A stretch of 64,000 nucleotides of DNA from an uncultured Pseudomonadota bacterium (GTDB lineage Bacteria > Pseudomonadota > Alphaproteobacteria > Rhizobiales > Beijerinckiaceae). The stretch lies in contig OY969816.1 in assembly GCA_963703385.1 (NCBI GenBank), positions 1,357,483 through 1,421,482 on the forward strand, written 5' to 3'. Each line of letters opens with the position of its first letter. Positions within the stretch are counted from its first letter, which is position 1. A program made the translations under genes and the position numbers. Below are positions 42,306 to 53,407 of the stretch, one piece after another. Under the pieces are notes generated by a model that saw nothing but the letters and a program-made list of their open reading frames with translations, made no database searches and was not told where the DNA came from.

Positions 42306-45300
42306 TCACTTCGGCAGGATGCCGAAGATTTTCCTCAAGAATCCGGGCGCGATCGCGGAAAGCGGATTGATCGAGAGGGTCGGCGCGCTGGCCGAGCCGG
42401 AGACGCGGAAATTCACGCCGATCAGCCCCTCCTGCTGACCGCCGCCGAGCACCAGGCCGAGGACGGGAAGCTTGCCGAAAAGATTGTTGACCCCATAGGC
42501 CGGCACGAACGTGCCGGAGAGATCGAGCGTGTCGCCGTCGAAATCGAACCAGCCCTCGAGCGTTGAGCCGATGTCCGAATTGGCGATGACGCCGTCGCTG
42601 ACGGAGAGCCGGCCATCCGATTTCTTGAGTTCGGCGTGCAGGCGGACGAAGGCCACCGAATTAGGGTCGAGCTTGACCTTGTTGACGATTTTCCCGGCAT
42701 CGGCCGAATTGGCGAAGCTTTTCAAGGCGGGTTCGCCCTGCAGGACGAAATTGCTGATATCGACCACGCCGGCGAAGGAGTTGTCGGCGAGTCGCAACGC
42801 GGCGCGCAGGTCGCCGCCTTGCATGTGGCTGTAGAAGTCGAAAAAGGCGAGCAGCGCGCCGCCGTCCGTCGTGGTCAGCGTGAAGAGCGGCGCTCCGTCG
42901 TCCGGACGGCTGAGCGCGCCCTTCACGGCGTCGGCGCCGATCTTTCCTGACAGGCTCAGGTCCTGGAACTGTCCGCTCCCCTTGCGCGCCAGATGAAATT
43001 CGGCGTCGGAGATGATCTGGCGGTTCGCGCCCGTCAGAAGCGTGGATTTGAGGTCGAGATCGAAATCGGTCGATCGGCCGCTCCGCGGCCCGCTGCTGGT
43101 GAGGTCACGCAGGAAGGGCCGCGCGTCCAGCGATTCGCCGCGCGCCGTGATCTTCATCACGTCGCCCGTTTTCTGGATATCGAGACGCAGATTGTCGCCG
43201 GGCGAGAATTTCACGCCGGAAAGCCTGGCGCCCGCCAGACTGCCGTCCGGCGCCAGTTGCACAACGCCTTTGGCGCTCTGACCCGAGCCGTCGTAGACGA
43301 AATTGTCCAGGGTCGACGCGCCGCGCGCGTCCTCGGCATAGGAAAAGGACGCCTTCGCCGCGCGCCCCGCCGGTTTGAGCAGGCCGGGAACCGGATCGTT
43401 CAGACCCGTCTTGACGAAATCGAGATCGACCTGGGCCCTGGGAGGCGCCGCGCCGACGTCGCCGGCGATTTTCACGGCGACCGGCCCGGCGACGGTCGTG
43501 CCGAAATTCAGCCCCGCCTTGGCGCGCGCCGCTTCGTCCATGGGGAAGGAGATGACGCCCCGCGCCGGCAGCTTGTGGTCGCGGGTGACTTCGAGCGTCG
43601 CCGGCGCGCCGAAAATTTTTCCGGTCCCGGCCACGTGGATGATTCCGTCCGCCAGCGTCACCGCGAGCGCGCCCTGCTCGAGGCCGGCCTTGCCGACCAG
43701 ATGGTCGGCTGCGAAATTGGCGACCGTGGCGTTGACCTCGATGCTGGCGAGGCTCGGGTCGTAAACCGGCGGGAGCTTGGTGCGGAAGGTAAAATCGCCC
43801 GAGACCTGGCCCCTGGTGGTCCTGGGGTCGAGCGGCAGGCTCGCCACCGCAGCAAAGCCGGGCGTCGAGAGCACGTCGCCCAATGTGTCGACCCCGCCCT
43901 GGGCGTGGGCGCTGATCATCAAGGCGATCGGCCTGGCTTCGAAATCAGGCGTGGCGTAGACGCCGTCCGACAGGTCGATCCTGTGGCCATCGCGGGCTTC
44001 GATATAGCCAGTCGTCGCCTCGATGCGCGCGGAGCGCCCGCTCGAATGGCCTCTGGCGCTGACCCCCTGCGCCGGCGGCGCGCCGTCGAGGAAGGTGAAG
44101 GCCGCGTCGCGGAACGCGTAATCCATCGAAATGCGGTCATCCATCGGCGCGTGTTGGGCGCGCATCATCCGCAGGTCAAGGTCGTCGAGATCGACCGCCA
44201 TGCGGAAGCTTTCCAGGGTTCCGCGGATGAAACGGTCGCCCATCCAGCCGCGCAAGGGCGCGCCGAAGGCGTTGGGCCAGACGGCGAGCGCGCCGGCCGC
44301 CGTCATGTTGCCGGCGGAAAGGCCCATCCGGACACGGGGACCGTTGATCCAGTCGACCGTTCCCTGCGCCGCAGCCGCCACTTCCGGCCCGACGATCTCG
44401 ACCCGGTTGACGGTCAGCGTCCGGTTTGGCGGGTCGAGCGCGATATCACCCTTGATCGAGGCGATGGTGACGGATTTCTCGCCCTTGCGGTCCGGCCCGA
44501 TGACGCAGGGCTCGGCCTGTTTGAACAGAAGGCTCCATGGCGCGGTGTCATGGTTCGGCGGGGTGATGACGCCGGTCAGGAAGCAGCGCGAATCGCCGGA
44601 AAAGATCTGCGCCTGATCCACCAATGCGCGATGGCCGGCTGCGTCCCAGTGGGCGGCGGCGAAGAATTCATCCACGAAAACCGGCGCGAAATCCGGATCG
44701 TCGAAGCGCCAGAAGCCCTGGCCGAGCGCGAGGCGCGCGTCGGCGTCGAGCACATGGCCGTCCCCCTCGAACGAGGCGGCGGCCTTGAAGGAAATGGGAA
44801 TGTCGGAATCGATCGGCAGGCTCGTCTTGCCGGCCAACAGCGCAATCTCGTCGATCGAGAAGCCGTCGCCCTGGATGGCCAGTTCATGCGCCGCGTCGCG
44901 CGCGCCGCGCGCGACGCCCGCGAGCGACCAGCGCCCGCTCGGGCCCTCGGCCGACATTTCGATCTGGGCGACGCCGCGCGCGTCTTCGATCTTGCGGTCC
45001 AGCGAAAATTCAAACCCCTCGAAACCGCGTTTCTGCCCGGCCGCGCGGTCATCGACGGTCAGCCGCCCATTCGCGATTCCGAAATGATCGAGCGTGGCGA
45101 TCGGACTGTCGCGGCCCTGGGCGATGTCGAAAATCCGGTTGATCGCATTTGCCGCCTGCCGCATCACTTTCGCGCGGCTCCCGGGCGCCGGCGCGCTGGT
45201 CGGGGGCGCCACGCTCGGTCCGTTCGCCAAAGGCGCGGACTGCTGGGCGGGTTGCGGCGCGGGCTCTGGCGTGGCGGGAGCGGGTTCGCCGGCGGCGGTG

Positions 45301-45761
45301 AGGTCGAGCGAGCCATCCGGCAACACGCGCAAGGTGACGTCCAGCCCGTCGATATCGACCCGCGACGGCTTGATCCGCCCGGCGAGCAGCGACAGGGGAT
45401 CGAAGATCAGATCGGCCTTGGGTGTGGAAACCACGCGCCGGCCGTCGGCGCGGCTGATTGCAACGCCCTCCACCGCCAAAGCCAGGCCGCGCGTCTCGCG
45501 CTCGATCCCCAATGCGCCGATGGACAGAACGTAATTGGGGCCGAGCCGGTCCTGAAGCGCCGACACCACGATCGGCTTGAAGACGTCGAGGTTGACCCGG
45601 CCCAGACCCAGCGCGACAACGCCGGCCGCCAGCATGACCAGCACCGCCATCAAGCCGAAGGAAAGCCCCGCGCTCGCAGCCCGATGCGTCCGGCGAAAGC
45701 GCCGGGACGGCCGGGAAGGCGGCGGCTCCGCGAAAATGTCCGGCTCTCTCGACTCGACCAA
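42306..45761 (-). CDS. AsmA-like/YhdP (DUF3971) envelope protein
   Basis: 1151 aa, N-terminal TM anchor, beta-rich body, C-terminal LSGTFVPAYGVNNLFGKLPVLG..SINPLSAIAPGFLR. Confidence 0.85.
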   Translation of the reverse strand: MVESREPDIFAEPPPSRPSRRFRRTHRAASAGLSFGLMAVLVMLAAGVVALGLGRVNLDVFKPIVVSALQDRLGPNYVLSIGALGIERETRGLALAVEGVAISRADGRRVVSTPKADLIFDPLSLLAGRIKPSRVDIDGLDVTLRVLPDGSLDLTAAGEPAPATPEPAPQPAQQSAPLANGPSVAPPTSAPAPGSRAKVMRQAANAINRIFDIAQGRDSPIATLDHFGIANGRLTVDDRAAGQKRGFEGFEFSLDRKIEDARGVAQIEMSAEGPSGRWSLAGVARGARDAAHELAIQGDGFSIDEIALLAGKTSLPIDSDIPISFKAAASFEGDGHVLDADARLALGQGFWRFDDPDFAPVFVDEFFAAAHWDAAGHRALVDQAQIFSGDSRCFLTGVITPPNHDTAPWSLLFKQAEPCVIGPDRKGEKSVTIASIKGDIALDPPNRTLTVNRVEIVGPEVAAAAQGTVDWINGPRVRMGLSAGNMTAAGALAVWPNAFGAPLRGWMGDRFIRGTLESFRMAVDLDDLDLRMMRAQHAPMDDRISMDYAFRDAAFTFLDGAPPAQGVSARGHSSGRSARIEATTGYIEARDGHRIDLSDGVYATPDFEARPIALMISAHAQGGVDTLGDVLSTPGFAAVASLPLDPRTTRGQVSGDFTFRTKLPPVYDPSLASIEVNATVANFAADHLVGKAGLEQGALAVTLADGIIHVAGTGKIFGAPATLEVTRDHKLPARGVISFPMDEAARAKAGLNFGTTVAGPVAVKIAGDVGAAPPRAQVDLDFVKTGLNDPVPGLLKPAGRAAKASFSYAEDARGASTLDNFVYDGSGQSAKGVVQLAPDGSLAGARLSGVKFSPGDNLRLDIQKTGDVMKITARGESLDARPFLRDLTSSGPRSGRSTDFDLDLKSTLLTGANRQIISDAEFHLARKGSGQFQDLSLSGKIGADAVKGALSRPDDGAPLFTLTTTDGGALLAFFDFYSHMQGGDLRAALRLADNSFAGVVDISNFVLQGEPALKSFANSADAGKIVNKVKLDPNSVAFVRLHAELKKSDGRLSVSDGVIANSDIGSTLEGWFDFDGDTLDLSGTFVPAYGVNNLFGKLPVLGLVLGGGQQEGLIGVNFRVSGSASAPTLSINPLSAIAPGFLRKIFGILPK

Positions 45762-46041
45762 TACGACCGCTTTCCTTGCCGATTCTTCTTGTCGCCGATC
45801 CGCGCCCGGCGCTCAACCGCCCCAGATCCGAAGTTCTTTGGTTTGCGCCTCTACGCCCGCGACCGCCGCCGGCCGCCGAATCGGCATTTTACAGCAGAAT
45901 CGCGACGCCTCCGCCCGAAGGTAAGGCCCTTTGGTCCTCGGAGCCAGATCGAAAAAAGGCAGACATTTGCGACCGAATTAAGCAGAATTGGCGCCATGGC
46001 GGAGTCGTTTCACGGCGGACCATCCAGCGACAGGAGGCATC

Positions 46042-46512
46042 ATGACGAAACTTGTGCAGGCGGGCGACGCCGCCCCGGATTTCACCCTGCCCCGCGACGG
46101 CGGCGGCCGGATGTCGCTCGCCGATTTCAAGGGCAAAAAACTCGTCCTCTACTTCTATCCCAAGGACGACACCTCCGGCTGCACAATGGAGGCTCAGGAC
46201 TTCAACCGGCTGGCTGGCGACTTCGCCACGGCCGGCGTCGCCGTCGTCGGCGCCTCGCCCGACCCGGTCAAGCAGCACGACAAGTTCCGCGACAAATATG
46301 AACTGACCTTTCCGCTGCTCGCCGACGAAGCGAAGCAGGCCCTCCAGGCCTATGGCGTCTGGGTCGAGAAGAGCATGTATGGCCGAAAATATATGGGCGT
46401 CGAGCGCTCGACCTTCCTGATCGGCCCCGATGGCGGAATCGCCAGGGCCTGGCGCAAGGTGAAAGTTCCCGGCCATGCAGAAGAGGTCCTCGCGGCGGCC
46501 AAGTCCCTGTAA
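46042..46512 (+). CDS. bcp: Thioredoxin-dependent peroxiredoxin (BCP/PrxQ)
   Basis: LYFYPKDDTSGCTMEA, GVERSTFLI; RBS aggagg. Confidence 0.95.
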   Translation: MTKLVQAGDAAPDFTLPRDGGGRMSLADFKGKKLVLYFYPKDDTSGCTMEAQDFNRLAGDFATAGVAVVGASPDPVKQHDKFRDKYELTFPLLADEAKQALQAYGVWVEKSMYGRKYMGVERSTFLIGPDGGIARAWRKVKVPGHAEEVLAAAKSL

Positions 46513-46528
46513 CACAAGTCCCTGTAAC
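46501..46528 (+). repeat. Tandem duplication of the bcp 3' end including the stop
   Basis: aagtccctgtaacac aagtccctgtaac. Confidence 0.85.
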
Positions 46529-46704
46529 GTTAACCCGCATTTCAGTCGGGATGCGAGCCCGGCGCCCCGACGGCGCGCGGCAGATTAGCTTTTCACGTCA
46601 ACAGGATTACGCAGATGACTCGACGAAAAAGCTGAAACCTTGGGACGGCGAATTTTCCAAACATTAACCACGCCCGTTTACCTTGATCCGAAATCGGCCG
46701 CGCC

Positions 46705-48045
46705 TTGCCGGCGGGCCCTTTCGGATGGTGGGATATGCGCGCTGCTTTTTCCGCGAAGCCGCCCAAACCGGGCCTGACGCTTCATCTGGCGTCCCACAGG
46801 TTCAAGCGTCAGTTCCACCTTTCTCCCGTGCTCGCCGCCGGCCTGTTCGGCGCGGGGCCGCTTCTGCTGCTGGGCTGCCTCGCCCTCGGCGGCTATTTCA
46901 TGTTCCGCGACGACATGCTGGCTTCGCTGATGCGGCGGCAGGCCAATATGGAGTTCGCCTATGAGGACCGCATCGCGGCCCTGCGCGCCCAGATCGATAC
47001 GCTGGCCTCGCGGCAAATGCTCAACCAGGACACGTTCGAGGGCAAGGTGGCCCAACTCGCGGTGCGCCAGGCCGAGCTCGAATCGCGCTCCGCTTTGCTG
47101 GCTTCGCTCGCCGCCAAGGTCGATCCCGACATGACCTCGGTCGCGGCGACGCGCCCCGCGGCGCCTGAGGCCGCGGCCGCCGCGCCCGCCCCATCGCTCG
47201 ATCCCAAGCCCGCCGTCGCCAATGAGGGCTTCAAGCCCGTTCCCGAGGGATTCGAACTGCGCCCGACCGACGGCGGCGGCGCCCCGCCCCCGGCCTGTCC
47301 GAAAACGATGACCCGGCCTCGCCGGACCAGCGCCTGAATAAGCTCGCCTCGAGTTTCGACCGGATCGAACGGCGCCAGATCGGCGTGCTGAACGCCCTCA
47401 AGGAGTTCGGCCGCCGAAAAAACCGAGCGCCTGCGCGAAGCCTTCGCCGAAGCGGGCCTTCCCGTCGATCGCATGGTCCGCCACGCCAACTCCCGCGCCG
47501 CGGGCGGCGTGGGCGGCCCCTTCGTTCCGGCCGATTTTCCCGGCGCACGCAGCGATTTCGCGCGCGCCTATGCCGGCCTCAGCCGCACGATCGACCTGAT
47601 GAACGACCTGCGCGGCGCGCTGCCTTTTGCGCCGCTGCGCCAGCCGCTGCCCGGCCAGATCGAAGTCACCTCGCCCTTCGGCTATCGCATCGATCCCTTT
47701 TTCGGCCGGCCCTCCCTTCACACCGGCATGGATCTCCACGGCGAATATGGCGAGGCGGTTCACGCCACCGCCGCCGGGCGGGTTACAGTCGCCGGCCCGT
47801 CCGGGGGCTACGGCAATCTGGTCGAGATCGACCATGGCGCGGGTCTCAGCACCCGCTACGGCCATTTGTCGCGGATCGACGTCGCGCCGGGGCAATGGGT
47901 GACCGCGGGGCAGGACATCGGCGCGATCGGCTCGACCGGGCGCTCGACCGGGCCGCATCTGCATTACGAGGTCCGTGTCGACGGCGCGCCGGTCGACCCG
48001 AGCCGCTACCTCAAGGCGGGACGGCTGCTCAGCGCAAGCCAGTGA
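46705..48045 (+). CDS. M23 family peptidase with N-terminal coiled coil; compensating -1 (~47290) and +1 (47403-47408) frameshifts
   Basis: TM plus YEDRIAALRAQID; middle frame reads PGLSENDDPASPDQRLNKLA; C-terminal TSPFGYRIDPF, HTGMD, GYGN, STGPHLHYEV. Confidence 0.85.
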
Positions 48046-48160
48046 GGGTTTCGCGCGCCGCCTTTGCGTCAAACGCATCGACGCGCCTAGCTTTCCGGAA
48101 GCGCGGGAGCCGCGGCCCAATGGTCGCGCGCTTCGGTTCGCCGATCAACTCAAGCGATCG

Positions 48161-48820
48161 TCACCCGATCGAGCCCATGGGGCCGGGATAGCTGACTTCT
48201 TCCAGTCTGCCGGCGTCGACGTCGTAGATGAAGCCGCGCACGGTGATGGCGTCCGACCCGCTGGTGGGCGTCCAGGGGTGGTTGAGAATCGCCGAGACGC
48301 CGCGGCGCACGTCCCATTGCAGGCGCTCCGTGCTTTGCCCGCTGCGCGGCGCGTCCAGCGGTTCGAGGGCGCCGCGGAAGGCGCGGAAATGAGCAGGGCT
48401 GTCCGAGCATTTGCAAGGGCTGACGAAATCGCGGCCGGTCGCCTGGCAAAGCAGCTTGCTCGCCGCCGGATCGCCCTCGAGGCCCGCCTTGAGCAGGTCG
48501 TCGGTGAAACCGAGCATGCCGCAGCGGGTGTGGTGGATGAGGATGAACTCCCTGGTGTTGAGGAGATGATGTGAAATCAGAAGGCAGCGAATGGCGTCTT
48601 CGGTCACGACGCCGCCGGCGTTGCGGATGATGTGCGCCTCGCCGGTTTGCAGGCCGAGCAGGTCCTCCACGTCGAGGCGCGCGTCCATGCAGGCCAGCAC
48701 CGCCACCCGGCGCGAGGGCTGGATCGGCTGCTTGCCGGGATAGGCGGCATTGTGGGTCGCCGCGCCGCTGGCGTAGTTCTGATTATTGGCGAGAAGTTCG
48801 TCCGTGACTGAGCTGGCCAT
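48161..48820 (-). CDS. Beta-class carbonic anhydrase
   Basis: CMDARL, IRNAGG, HHTRCGM zinc ligands; RGFIYDV. Confidence 0.9.
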   Translation of the reverse strand: MASSVTDELLANNQNYASGAATHNAAYPGKQPIQPSRRVAVLACMDARLDVEDLLGLQTGEAHIIRNAGGVVTEDAIRCLLISHHLLNTREFILIHHTRCGMLGFTDDLLKAGLEGDPAASKLLCQATGRDFVSPCKCSDSPAHFRAFRGALEPLDAPRSGQSTERLQWDVRRGVSAILNHPWTPTSGSDAITVRGFIYDVDAGRLEEVSYPGPMGSIG

Positions 48821-49100
48821 AGTGACCCTCCTTGACGATGGATCGATCGGAAATTCCCACTCCAGATCACACGCGCATTGCCGCGTTTCGGCCGGTCATG
48901 GCCAGGAGGCGTTGCGACAATCCACGCCATCACAACCGTGAAATCCGCTAAAGGTTGCGCTCGGCGCATCCTGCTCGGGGCGATTTCTCGGGTTTTTTGC
49001 GCGCAGGCCCAAAAATCCCCGAGTCAAGCCGGCGGACGGGCGTGAAGGGTCCTGTTGACCCGGCTTCGGAGCCCTTGGGCTTAATGGCGGAACGATGGCG

Positions 49101-49325
49101 TTATTTTCGCCCCTGGCGAAGAATATCCTGAAGCCAGCTCAAATCCATCGTCGCCGGCTGAAGCCACATTTTCAGGAGCGCCTCGGGCGAATAGCGCTCC
49201 AGCAATTCCATCATGCGCTTTTCCATCTCCTCCATCGCCCGCTTCTGCATCGGCTCGAAATCCGGCAGGCCCATGAAGGCCCGCGCCTCGGCGGGCGTGC
49301 AGTCGATATCAACGGTGATCTTCAT
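49101..49325 (-). CDS. DUF6489-like small protein
   Basis: MKITVDIDCTPAEARAFMGLPDFEPMQ. Confidence 0.8.
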   Translation of the reverse strand: MKITVDIDCTPAEARAFMGLPDFEPMQKRAMEEMEKRMMELLERYSPEALLKMWLQPATMDLSWLQDILRQGRK

Positions 49326-49436
49326 GAACGAGAACTCCGCGCCGCCGCGCCGTTTGATAAACGCCTTAATGATCATAGCGGCGCCCCGCAGAAACGCCAT
49401 GCCCTCGTCCCATGATGATTAAACGCGGGTTCGGCC

Positions 49437-51074
49437 TCAGCCGATCGCGTCCGCCGAGCGCGCCTTTTCGCGCAGGAGGAATTTCTGGATCTTGCCAGTC
49501 GAGGTCTTGGGCAGCGGCCCGAAGATGAAGATTTTCGGAACCTTGAAGCGGGCCAGATGGGCGCGGCAATGTTCCAGCAATGCTTCCTGGGTCGGATTGG
49601 CGCCCTCGCGCAATTCGATGAAGGCGCAGGGAACCTCGCCCCATTTGTCGTCGGGCGTCGCGACCACCGCCGCCGCCAGCACGTCCTTGTGCTTGTAGAG
49701 CACGTCCTCGACCTCGAGCGAGGAAATGTTCTCGCCGCCGGAAATGATGATGTCCTTGGAGCGGTCCTTGATCTTGATATAGCCGTCGGGCTGGATCACC
49801 GCGAGGTCGCCGCTGCGGTACCAGCCGCCGGCGAAGGCTTCCTGCGTCGCCCGTTCGTTCTTGAGATAGCCCTTCATCACGATATTGCCCTGGAACACGA
49901 TCTCGCCCATGGTCTGGCCGTCGTGCGGAACGGGCTCGTAATGTTGCATGTCGAAAACGTCGAGCCCGTCCAGCAGCAGCGAGCGCACGCCCTGGCGGCC
50001 GTTGAGTTCGGCGCGACGCTCCAGCGGCTCGCTTTCCCATTCCGACTGCTTGGAGCACACCGTAGCCGGGCCATAGGTCTCGGTCAGGCCATAGACATGG
50101 GTGATGGAAACGCCGAGCCTTTCCATGCCCTCGATGATCGCGACCGGCGGCGCCGCGCCCGCGATGAGGGCGTCCACCCTGTGGTCGAGCGTGGCCTGAT
50201 CCGCCGGATCGGCGTTGATCAGCAGGGAATGGACGATCGGCGCGCCGCAATAATGGGTGACCCGATGCTCGCGGATCAGGGCGAAGATCGCCTTGGCCTC
50301 GACGCGGCGCAGGCAGACATTGACGCCGGCGTTGGCCGCCATGGTCCACGGGAAGCACCAGCCGTTGCAATGGAACATCGGCAGGGTCCAGAGATAGACC
50401 GAATGCGGCGGCATGCCCCAGCTCAGGATATTGTTGATGGCGTTCAGATGGGTGCCGCGATGGTGATAGACCACGCCCTTGGGATTGCCGGTCGTGCCCG
50501 AAGTATAGTTGAGCGAAATGGCGTCCCATTCGTCTTCGAGCGGCGCGGGCTCGAAGCCGGCGTCGCCCTCGGCCAGCAAAGCCTCATATTCGATCTCGCC
50601 GAGAAAGCTCCCGCCGACATAGCTCGGATCGTCCACGTCGATCACCAGCGGCTTCGCGCCCTTCATCAGTTCGAGCGCTCTGGCGATGACCTTGGAATAT
50701 TCGCGGTCGATGAGCAGGACTTTGGCCTCGCCGTGATCGAGCATGAAGGCGATGGCCTCGGGGTCGAGCCTGGTGTTGAGCGTGTTCAGCACCGCGCCGG
50801 CCATGGGGACGCCGAAATGGACATCGAACATGGCCGGGACATTCGGCAGCATCACCGCCACGGTGTCGTTCTTGCCGACGCCGCGCTTTTGCAGGGCGGA
50901 GGCCAGCCGCCGGCAGCGCTCCGCCGTCTGCGCCCAGGTGTAGCGCAGATCGTTGTAAATGACCGAGAGCTTGTCGGGATAGACGTCGGCCGAGCGGAAG
51001 AGAAAGACCACGGGGGTCAGCGGCGCGTAATTGGCGCGGTTGCTGTCAAGGCCGGTGAGATATGCGTTCCCCAT
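49437..51074 (-). CDS. Acyl-CoA synthetase (AMP-binding)
   Basis: YTSGTTGNPKG, YGLTETYGP, SGDLAV, IISGGENISS, PKTSTGKIQK. Confidence 0.94.
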   Translation of the reverse strand: MGNAYLTGLDSNRANYAPLTPVVFLFRSADVYPDKLSVIYNDLRYTWAQTAERCRRLASALQKRGVGKNDTVAVMLPNVPAMFDVHFGVPMAGAVLNTLNTRLDPEAIAFMLDHGEAKVLLIDREYSKVIARALELMKGAKPLVIDVDDPSYVGGSFLGEIEYEALLAEGDAGFEPAPLEDEWDAISLNYTSGTTGNPKGVVYHHRGTHLNAINNILSWGMPPHSVYLWTLPMFHCNGWCFPWTMAANAGVNVCLRRVEAKAIFALIREHRVTHYCGAPIVHSLLINADPADQATLDHRVDALIAGAAPPVAIIEGMERLGVSITHVYGLTETYGPATVCSKQSEWESEPLERRAELNGRQGVRSLLLDGLDVFDMQHYEPVPHDGQTMGEIVFQGNIVMKGYLKNERATQEAFAGGWYRSGDLAVIQPDGYIKIKDRSKDIIISGGENISSLEVEDVLYKHKDVLAAAVVATPDDKWGEVPCAFIELREGANPTQEALLEHCRAHLARFKVPKIFIFGPLPKTSTGKIQKFLLREKARSADAIG

Positions 51075-51180
51075 TTTCTCCTCCCACGGACAGGCAAATC
51101 GTCGCCGCGACTTTAGCGCATCACGCGCCAAGGTCACCCTAGCCCTAAGCAGCAATTCGTCGGCGCGCCAACGAATTGCG

Positions 51181-51250
51181 GCTCAGGCTCTTTTGATTTA
51201 GCGGGATTTTTGTCCGAAAATCGGCGACCACTTTGCAGAAATCCTGCTTG
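51181..51250 (-). repeat. Palindromic intergenic element, core module only
   Basis: Minus strand agcaggatttctgcaaagtggtcgccgattttcggacaaaaatcccgctaaatcaaaagag shares the AAAGTGG..CCG.TTTTC..AAA.CAAA layout. Confidence 0.7.
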
Positions 51251-51281
51251 GGGCAAAGAACTTGGGGCGAAGAAAAAGAAT

Positions 51282-52187
51282 TTACGCCCGCGCCATTTTC
51301 GCCGCGCGAAGCGTGTTGGCCATCAGCATGGCGATGGTCATCGGCCCGACCCCGCCCGGAACGGGGGTGACGGCGCCAGCGACATCGAGCGCCTCGTCCA
51401 GCGCCACGTCGCCGACCAGCCGCGTCTTGCCGGGCTCGGCCCCCGGAACGCGGTTGATGCCGACATCGATCACCAGCGCCCCCGGCTTGATCCAGTCGCC
51501 CCGGATCATCTCCGGCCGTCCGACCGCCGCGACCAGAATGTCGGCCCGCCGCGCGACCGCGGGCAGATCGCGGGTGCGCGAATGGGCGATGGTGACGGTG
51601 GCGTTTTTCGCCAGCAGCAATTGCGCCATCGGCTTGCCGACGATGTTGGAGCGCCCGACGATCACCGCCTCGGCGCCCGAGATGTCGCGGCCAAGCGCCC
51701 TGGCCGCCTCCTCGATCAGCAGCATGGCGCCGGCCGGGGTGCAGGGAACCAGCGCCCGCGCGGTCAGTCCGGTCGCCAGCAGGCCGACATTGACCGGATG
51801 AAAGCCGTCCACGTCCTTTTCCGGCGCGATCGTCTCCAGCACTTTGGTCGAATCGATCCCGGCAGGGAGCGGCAATTGCACCAGAATGCCGTGAATGGCC
51901 GGATCGGCGTTGAGCGTCCGCACCAGACGGATCAGCTCGGCTTCGGAGGTTGTGGCCGGCAGATCGTGCTGCACCGAATGAAAGCCGCAGGAATGGGCCG
52001 CCCTGCCTTTGGATTTGACATAGACCTCGCTCGCCGGGTCCTCGCCCACCAGCACGACGGCAAGGCCCGGCTTGACTTTTAAGCCCGCCGCCTCGCGCGC
52101 CACGCGGTCCAGCACCGTCGCCGAGGCGGCCTTGCCGTCGATCAGCAGCGCCTTTTTGGCCGAGGGTTTTATGATTGATTGGGTCAT
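51282..52187 (-). CDS. folD: Methylenetetrahydrofolate dehydrogenase/cyclohydrolase
   Basis: [52 protein letters not shown]. Confidence 0.97.
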   Translation of the reverse strand: MTQSIIKPSAKKALLIDGKAASATVLDRVAREAAGLKVKPGLAVVLVGEDPASEVYVKSKGRAAHSCGFHSVQHDLPATTSEAELIRLVRTLNADPAIHGILVQLPLPAGIDSTKVLETIAPEKDVDGFHPVNVGLLATGLTARALVPCTPAGAMLLIEEAARALGRDISGAEAVIVGRSNIVGKPMAQLLLAKNATVTIAHSRTRDLPAVARRADILVAAVGRPEMIRGDWIKPGALVIDVGINRVPGAEPGKTRLVGDVALDEALDVAGAVTPVPGGVGPMTIAMLMANTLRAAKMARA

Positions 52188-52348
52188 TGCGCGGTCCCGT
52201 GGGCTTCGTTCTGCTTTTGGCAGAGCTTGGGCCGCTTGTTAACCCCCGATCGAACGACGCCTCGATTTGATTGCGCGTTTCGACGTGGGGGCGTCTCACG
52301 GCCACGACGACGGCCGTCGCGCTCTTTCGTTTTCCGGGCTGCGGCGGA

Positions 52349-52880
52349 TCACGCTGTGGGGCGGGCGTCTCGGCGCCGCGCTTTATTTCCGGCGCCAAGG
52401 CGCGTTCCAGGACGCGTTCCGTGCCCGAACGCGGGCGCCGTGGCCGCCTGCCCGGCGTTGTCTTCGTCGCGCGACAACAATTCGATCAATGGGCAGACCG
52501 GGCGCGCGCCGTCGCCGCAACGCGCGACGGCCTCCGCGAGCGCGGCTTCCATGCGTCGCAAGTCAGCGATCTTCGCCTGAACGTCGGCGAGATGAATGGA
52601 AGCGAGGCGGCTCGCTTCCGCGCAGGGCTGGTCGCGTTCGCCGACGAGCCGGAGCAGCGTGCGGACCTCGTCGAGCGAAAAGCCGAGTTCGCGCGCCCGC
52701 ATCACGAAGCGCAGCCGGCGCTCGTGCCCGGAACTCATAGCTCCGGTAGCCCTTTTCGGTTCGCGGCGGTTCCGGCAGAAGGCCGACCTTCTCGTAATAG
52801 CGCACGGTTTCGAGATTGCAGCCCGTGCGCCGCGCCAGTTCGGCGCGCTGCAGTCGCTCGGGAGAAATCCGCTCGCCCAT
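52349..52880 (-). CDS. merR: Hg(II)-responsive MerR regulator, apparent +1 frameshift at 52731-52736
   Basis: [25 protein letters not shown]; other frame [18 protein letters not shown] with three Cys (QPCAE, ARCGD, PVCPL); divergent from merT. Confidence 0.9.
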
Positions 52881-52893
52881 CGAAAATTACCCC

Positions 52894-52924
52894 TTGACCC
52901 TGTAGTCCCTACAGACCTTAACGT
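52894..52924 (+). promoter_or_regulatory. MerR-type promoter/operator of merTPA
   Basis: -35 TTGACC, 19-bp spacer with dyad CTGTAG-tcc-CTACAG, -10 TAACGT. Confidence 0.9.
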
Positions 52925-52947
52925 AGAGAGAAATCGGGCTTCGGGCA

Positions 52948-53361
52948 ATGGGAGAAATGGTCGGCATGAACACGACTTCATCGCAAATCGGCGCCGGCGC
53001 GGACCACGCGCCGGCGCAGGACGCGGCGCCGCGGTTGCTCGCCATGGGCGGGATCCTGGCCGCGCTGGGCGCCGCGTCCTGCTGCGTCATTCCCTTCGCG
53101 CTGTTCCTCGCGGGCGTCAGCGGCGCCTGGATCGGCAATCTGACCGCCCTTGAGCCCTACCAGCCGATCTTCGCCGGCGTCTCCCTCGCTCTCGTCGGCT
53201 ACGGCGCCTGGCGGCTGCGGCAACAACGCAAGATGGCCTGCGCGAGCGGCTATTGCGCCACGCCGCAATCCGACCGTCTCGCCAGGATCGGCCTGTGGAC
53301 GGCGGCCGTGCTCGTCGCCATCGCCGTCGTCTTCCCCCATGCGGCGCGCTACTTCCTGTGA
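52948..53361 (+). CDS. merT: Mercuric transport protein
   Basis: AASCCVIP, GAWIGNLTALEPYQP, cytoplasmic CASGYC; three TM segments. Confidence 0.93.
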   Translation: MGEMVGMNTTSSQIGAGADHAPAQDAAPRLLAMGGILAALGAASCCVIPFALFLAGVSGAWIGNLTALEPYQPIFAGVSLALVGYGAWRLRQQRKMACASGYCATPQSDRLARIGLWTAAVLVAIAVVFPHAARYFL

Positions 53362-53407
53362 TGACGCGCCACACCCCTTGCCCCTCGAATGTGAGGACGG
53401 AAAAGTC

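Noticed and set aside
47270-47300. The -1 shift in the M23 gene as another GANTC lesion
   Set aside because: No GANTC-like context; the C-run ccgcccccgg suggests a homopolymer deletion, and the exact position is uncertain
52287-52298. GGGGGCGTCTCA downstream of merR resembles the start of Tn21/Tn501-type inverted repeats
   Set aside because: Only 12 bp match; the rest of the 38-bp IR, a partner IR and a transposase are absent
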